From: a virus
Lineage: Duplodnaviria > Heunggongvirae > Uroviricota > Caudoviricetes
Direction: 5' to 3' (one strand)
IMG/VR virus record: IMGVR_UViG_2690316028_000011
DNA: 13,352 nt
Shown: positions 9,470 through 13,352 of the stretch, piece after piece
Numbering within the stretch: position 1 is the stretch's first letter
Layout: each line of letters starts with the position of its first letter
The notes under the pieces: generated by a model
What the model was told of the DNA's origin: nothing
The model's input: the letters and a program-made list of their open reading frames with translations, nothing else
Databases searched by the model: none
Program-made: the position numbers and the translations under genes

Positions 9470-10044
9470 TGGCATTCAGAATGAGTGAACAACCACAGAC
9501 CATAAAAATTTATAATCTGCTGGCCGGAACTAATGAATTTATTGGTGAAGGTGACGCATATATTCCGCCTCATACAGGTCTGCCAGCAAACAGTACCGAT
9601 ATTGCACCGCCAGATATTCCGGCAGGCTTCGTGGCTGTTTTCAACAGTGATGAGGCATCGTGGCATCTCGTTGAAGATCATCGGGGAAAAACCGTCTATG
9701 ACGTGGCTTCCGGCGACGCGTTATTTATTTCTGAACTCGGTCCGTTACCGGAAAATGTTACCTGGTTATCGCCGGAAGGGGAGTTTCAGAAGTGGAACGG
9801 CACAGCCTGGGTGAAGGATACGGAAGCAGAAAAACTGTTCCGGATCCGGGAGGCGGAAGAAACAAAAAACAACCTGATGCAGGTAGCCAGTGAGCATATT
9901 GCGCCGCTTCAGGATGCTGCAGATCTGGAAATTGCAACGGAGGAAGAAATCTCGTTGCTGGAAGCATGGAAAAAGTATCGGGTATTGCTGAACCGTGTTG
10001 ATACGTCAACTGCACAGGATATTGAATGGCCAGCACTGCCGTAG
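9469..10044 (+). CDS. tfaQ: Tail fibre assembly protein (Tfa)
   Basis: 191-aa product [39 protein letters not shown]... matches the TfaQ/TfaR family. Start overlaps the stop of the upstream fibre gene (TAATG), indicating translational coupling. Confidence 0.9.
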   Translation: MAFRMSEQPQTIKIYNLLAGTNEFIGEGDAYIPPHTGLPANSTDIAPPDIPAGFVAVFNSDEASWHLVEDHRGKTVYDVASGDALFISELGPLPENVTWLSPEGEFQKWNGTAWVKDTEAEKLFRIREAEETKNNLMQVASEHIAPLQDAADLEIATEEEISLLEAWKKYRVLLNRVDTSTAQDIEWPALP

Positions 10045-10141
10045 GGTAAAACATATAAATTCTATAATTAGATGTATCTTTCCATTTACGGCAAGGAAGG
10101 GGGCTTGGAACACGTAAAGCATCTCACACCGAGATTATTTT

Positions 10142-10732
10142 TTATATGTCAGGTGTCTGAAGTTTTGCTTTGGCTCTTAAAATGGTTTGCCGCGAGGTTT
10201 TGAATTCCCGGGCAATGGCACTTATACTTACACCTGACTTAATTCGTTCGAATACCACCTGTTTCTGTTCTTCATTTAACACAGGTGGTCGACCAAAACG
10301 TTTCCCTGCGCCGCGGGCTCTTACTATCCCGGAATGAGTGCGTTCAAGTAAAAGGTCTCGTTCAAATTCAGCGACTGCTGAAATTACTTGCATCATCATT
10401 TTTCCTGTTGGACTGGTCAGGTCAATGCCACCCAATGCTAAGCAATGCACTCTGATACCTGTTTCGGTCAGTTGTTCCACTGTTTTCCTGATATCCATTG
10501 CATTACAACCAAGGCGATCCAGTTTTGTCACAATCAATTGATCACCACATTTCAGGCGAGCAAGCAACCGGTTAAAACCAGGACGCTCACTGGTTGCTGC
10601 TGAGCCGCTAATGTGTTCTTCGATTATTTGCTGAGGTTTGATTTTAAAACCTGCACTTTCGATTTCCCGGCGTTGATTTTCGGTGGTCTGATCCAGCGTT
10701 GATATCCGACAGTAAGCAAAAATTCGAGACAT
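10142..10732 (-). CDS. pinQ: Serine recombinase, DNA-invertase (Pin) family
   Basis: 196-aa product [20 protein letters not shown]... with the catalytic-serine motif (R-I-S-T-x-D-Q) and a C-terminal HTH ([18 protein letters not shown]). Matches PinQ/PinR. Convergent with tfa. Confidence 0.9.
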
Positions 10733-11049
10733 AGTGAGACTCTATTCGAAATTGGTGTTCATATCATAATGCATCTCAGAAAATAATTATGATTATTTTT
10801 GTGCATATTTGTATGTACACGTTCGAAAATAAACGAATGCGTATGCAACCCCGTAATTTTTGGTGAGACCCAAAATCGATTTTGTGAAAAATGGCTTTAA
10901 CTCGGTTTGTTTTTCGAGTTCCGGGCGGACTCAAGGAAGAAGAATAGTGTTGCGTGTTATTTTAACCAGATTTCAAGTTGTTTGGACGTGGAAAAGTGGA
11001 GCAAAATGTTGTTAAAGTGGAAAAATGATAAAAAAGTAAGTTTATTATA

Positions 11050-11283
11050 TTACATTTTACCATTTAAATTTTGGTTGTCTTTAAGAACTGATATCGCTGT
11101 TTGTAATAATTCTTTGTTATCCAGCCATGATTTTTTCTTTATGTTTCCTTCAATGTAATCAAGCAATGTTCTGGTATTAATAGGTCTTCCCTGTTTTGCT
11201 ACTTCCACTACAGCATCCCCTAGGATAATTCTTACTTCAGGAAGCTGCGCAGGGAACCACTTTAGGGTGTCTTTTGATTTCAT
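11050..11283 (-). CDS. ydfK: Small prophage protein YdfK/YnaE family (cold-shock-induced in K-12)
   Basis: 77-aa product MKSKDTLKWFPAQLPEVRIILGDAVVEVAKQGRPINTRTLLDYIEGNIKKK... The six-frame ORF extends to 11316 but the internal ATG at 11283 matches the known family start. Confidence 0.85.
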   Translation of the reverse strand: MKSKDTLKWFPAQLPEVRIILGDAVVEVAKQGRPINTRTLLDYIEGNIKKKSWLDNKELLQTAISVLKDNQNLNGKM

Positions 11284-12068
11284 GAAGATATTCCTTAAAA
11301 TATTATTGATTTTCATTGCGATATTGTATGTCTGATTCAGGATATGTTGACTTATACATCGGTTTTGTCTGGGTTATTGGATATGCCAATCCCTAATTTT
11401 ATTAGGGCATGACTAAAAATGCTGAATATGATAAGGAGAGAAGTGATTATCAGTATGCTGTTCATATAGCCTCGAATTAGTAATGTGTTATATATGATAT
11501 AGTTGACAATTTTTATCTTGGGTGTTTTTAAAGTTCGTAGATAAACATTGTCGTTTCAGGTATACAGGAATGCTAGCAGGTGGCAGCAAAAATCAGGCGG
11601 TTTATGGCGCAAGCTGAAGCGGCAACTGCAAACTATCTTATGCAGAGACTCTACACGGATTGGGTTTAAAAGTATACATAGATAACAGTTTTTATCTGAA
11701 AAAGAAAAATATCAAGGTGATATAGCCTATATGCCTTTGATGCGGAGGAATGACTGTGATGGGAGTGATGTATCTGAATAGTTGAAAAACCGCAGACACG
11801 CCTTATGCAAGAACGTGCTGCGGTTGGCTGGTAAATTTTTCGATAGTGTGAGTATTGAATGATTTCCAGCCGTTCTTGATTTTACGCATAAATCCATGAA
11901 AAAACTACTTATCTGTTGGGGAGTTTTTTTGGGGCATATATGGGACAGAAATAGGCCCCAGATAGACACTGAGATCGAACTTAGGATGCTTTTTAAAAAA
12001 TGCAACTATCTGAAAAAACCTAGAAAACGCCAAGGAAACCACAGGATGGGAAAAAACACCTGTGAATT

Positions 12069-13352
12069 ATGGATTTCCAGTTATATTCGCTCGGCGCAGC
12101 GTTAGTGTTTCATGAAATATTTTTTCCTGAATCATCAACGGCAATGGCGTTAATTCTGGCAATGGGAACCTATGGTGCAGGTTATGTGGCGCGTATTGTC
12201 GGAGCATTTATTTTCGGCAAAATGGGCGACAGAATAGGGCGTAAAAAAGTGCTCTTTATTACCATCACCATGATGGGGATCTGTACCACCTTAATTGGAG
12301 TGTTACCGACCTATGCACAGATTGGTGTTTTTGCCCCCATCTTGCTGGTGACGCTGCGTATTATTCAGGGATTGGGTGCAGGTGCGGAAATTTCCGGTGC
12401 CGGTACGATGCTGGCGGAATATGCGCCAAAAGGTAAGCGCGGAATTATCTCCTCATTTGTGGCTATGGGAACTAACTGCGGAACCTTAAGCGCAACGGCA
12501 ATCTGGGCCTTTATGTTCTTCATTCTCAGTAAAGAGGAACTGCTGGCGTGGGGATGGCGTATACCGTTCCTGGCGAGCGTTGTCGTGATGGTCTTTGCTA
12601 TCTGGTTACGTATGAATCTGAAAGAAAGCCCGGTCTTTGAGAAGGTTAACGACAGCAACCAACCGACAGCAAAACCTGCACCTGCTGGTAGCATGTTCCA
12701 GAGCAAATCCTTCTGGCTGGCAACAGGGCTGCGTTTTGGTCAGGCGGGTAACTCCGGTTTAATTCAGACTTTCCTTGCAGGCTATTTAGTACAGACGTTA
12801 TTGTTTAACAAAGCAATTCCAACAGATGCATTGATGATCAGTTCGATTCTCGGCTTTATGACCATTCCGTTCCTTGGTTGGTTATCCGATAAAATTGGTC
12901 GCCGGATCCCGTATATTATTATGAATACCTCTGCGATTGTGCTGGCGTGGCCAATGCTTTCTATCATCGTAGATAAAAGCTATGCCCCGAGCACCATTAT
13001 GGTTGCACTGATTGTGATTCATAACTGTGCGGTGCTGGGATTATTTGCTCTGGAAAACATTACCATGGCAGAAATGTTCGGCTGTAAAAACCGCTTTACC
13101 CGGATGGCTATTTCAAAAGAAATTGGTGGTCTTATCGCTTCCGGTTTTGGTCCTATCCTGGCGGGTATTTTCTGCACCATGACGGAATCCTGGTATCCGA
13201 TCGCCATTATGATCATGGCATATTCAGTAATTGGTTTAATCTCTGCGCTGAAAATGCCAGAGGTGAAAGACCGTGATTTAAGTGCGCTGGAAGACGCTGC
13301 GGAAGATCAACCGCGTGTTGTAAGAGCTGCGCAACCTTCCAGAAGTCTGTAA
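12069..13352 (+). CDS. ydfJ: MFS transporter (metabolite:H+ symporter family), N-terminally truncated at the prophage junction; likely non-functional
   Basis: 427-aa ORF with MFS signatures (GKMGDRIGRKK, multiple TM helices, WGWRIPF, LSDKIGRR). Compared with ProP-like homologues the first ~35-40 residues (first half of TM1) are absent. No convincing SD before the ATG. Stop codon coincides with the window end. Confidence 0.85.
   Translation: MDFQLYSLGAALVFHEIFFPESSTAMALILAMGTYGAGYVARIVGAFIFGKMGDRIGRKKVLFITITMMGICTTLIGVLPTYAQIGVFAPILLVTLRIIQGLGAGAEISGAGTMLAEYAPKGKRGIISSFVAMGTNCGTLSATAIWAFMFFILSKEELLAWGWRIPFLASVVVMVFAIWLRMNLKESPVFEKVNDSNQPTAKPAPAGSMFQSKSFWLATGLRFGQAGNSGLIQTFLAGYLVQTLLFNKAIPTDALMISSILGFMTIPFLGWLSDKIGRRIPYIIMNTSAIVLAWPMLSIIVDKSYAPSTIMVALIVIHNCAVLGLFALENITMAEMFGCKNRFTRMAISKEIGGLIASGFGPILAGIFCTMTESWYPIAIMIMAYSVIGLISALKMPEVKDRDLSALEDAAEDQPRVVRAAQPSRSL

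Noticed and set aside
10080-10141. Candidate Pin crossover (gix/hix-like) site and bidirectional terminator between tfa and pin
   Set aside because: Only partial resemblance to a crossover half-site (TTCCATTTACGG) with no matching second half. The hairpin TCTC/GAGA has only a 4-bp stem. Too weak to call either.
10635-10651. GGTTTGATTTTAAAACC quasi-palindrome inside the 5' part of pin, considered as a Fis-bound recombinational enhancer
   Set aside because: Invertase genes of the Gin/Hin family do carry an internal enhancer, but only the 5-bp ends are palindromic here and I cannot score Fis sites reliably by eye.
10907-11158. 83-aa plus-strand ORF
   Set aside because: Overlaps ydfK antisense and lies in AT-rich promoter-like sequence upstream of pin.
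11861-12080. Direct repeat GATTTCCAG (11861-11869 and 12072-12080), considered as an att core duplication
   Set aside because: A 9-bp match about 200 bp apart is well within chance expectation for a 13-kb window, and true att cores would be at opposite prophage ends.
11727-12105. ORFs 11727..12005 (-) and 11896..12105 (+)
   Set aside because: They sit in the AT-rich region next to the presumed attachment site. No SD sequences, and the plus ORF runs into the ydfJ start in another frame. Likely non-coding.

Overview
This window looks like the late (right) arm of a defective lambdoid prophage in Escherichia coli, closely resembling the Qin prophage of K-12, ending at its junction with a truncated host MFS transporter gene (ydfJ). 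All identifications rest on reading the supplied ORF translations and sequence against remembered protein families; nothing was searched or computed. Reading left to right: an intrinsic terminator, then a phage-21-type lysis cassette (dual-start pinholin essQ, SAR-type endolysin rrrQ, spanins rzpQ with embedded rzoQ), interrupted between holin and endolysin by two convergent uncharacterised ORFs. Next comes an AT-rich cargo island of small cold-shock/stress genes (cspI, a ynfN-like ORF, gnsB). A lambda-like cos site follows, then an intact small terminase gene, and a large terminase gene whose N-terminal ~205 codons are fused by deletion to the C-terminal part of a lambda gpI-like tail gene, so head and most tail genes are missing. 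After that is an intact 991-aa chimeric tail-tip protein (lambda J N-terminus joined to a His-rich side-tail-fibre-like C-terminus), a tail fibre assembly gene (tfaQ-like), a convergent serine invertase (pinQ-like) with no recognisable invertible segment, and ydfK. The most interesting candidates are the two-gene insert inside the lysis cassette, a possible unannotated zinc-ribbon ORF after cspI, the retained cos plus small terminase beside a broken large terminase, and the mosaic J::Stf fibre. No tRNA, rRNA, CRISPR array or IS element was seen.
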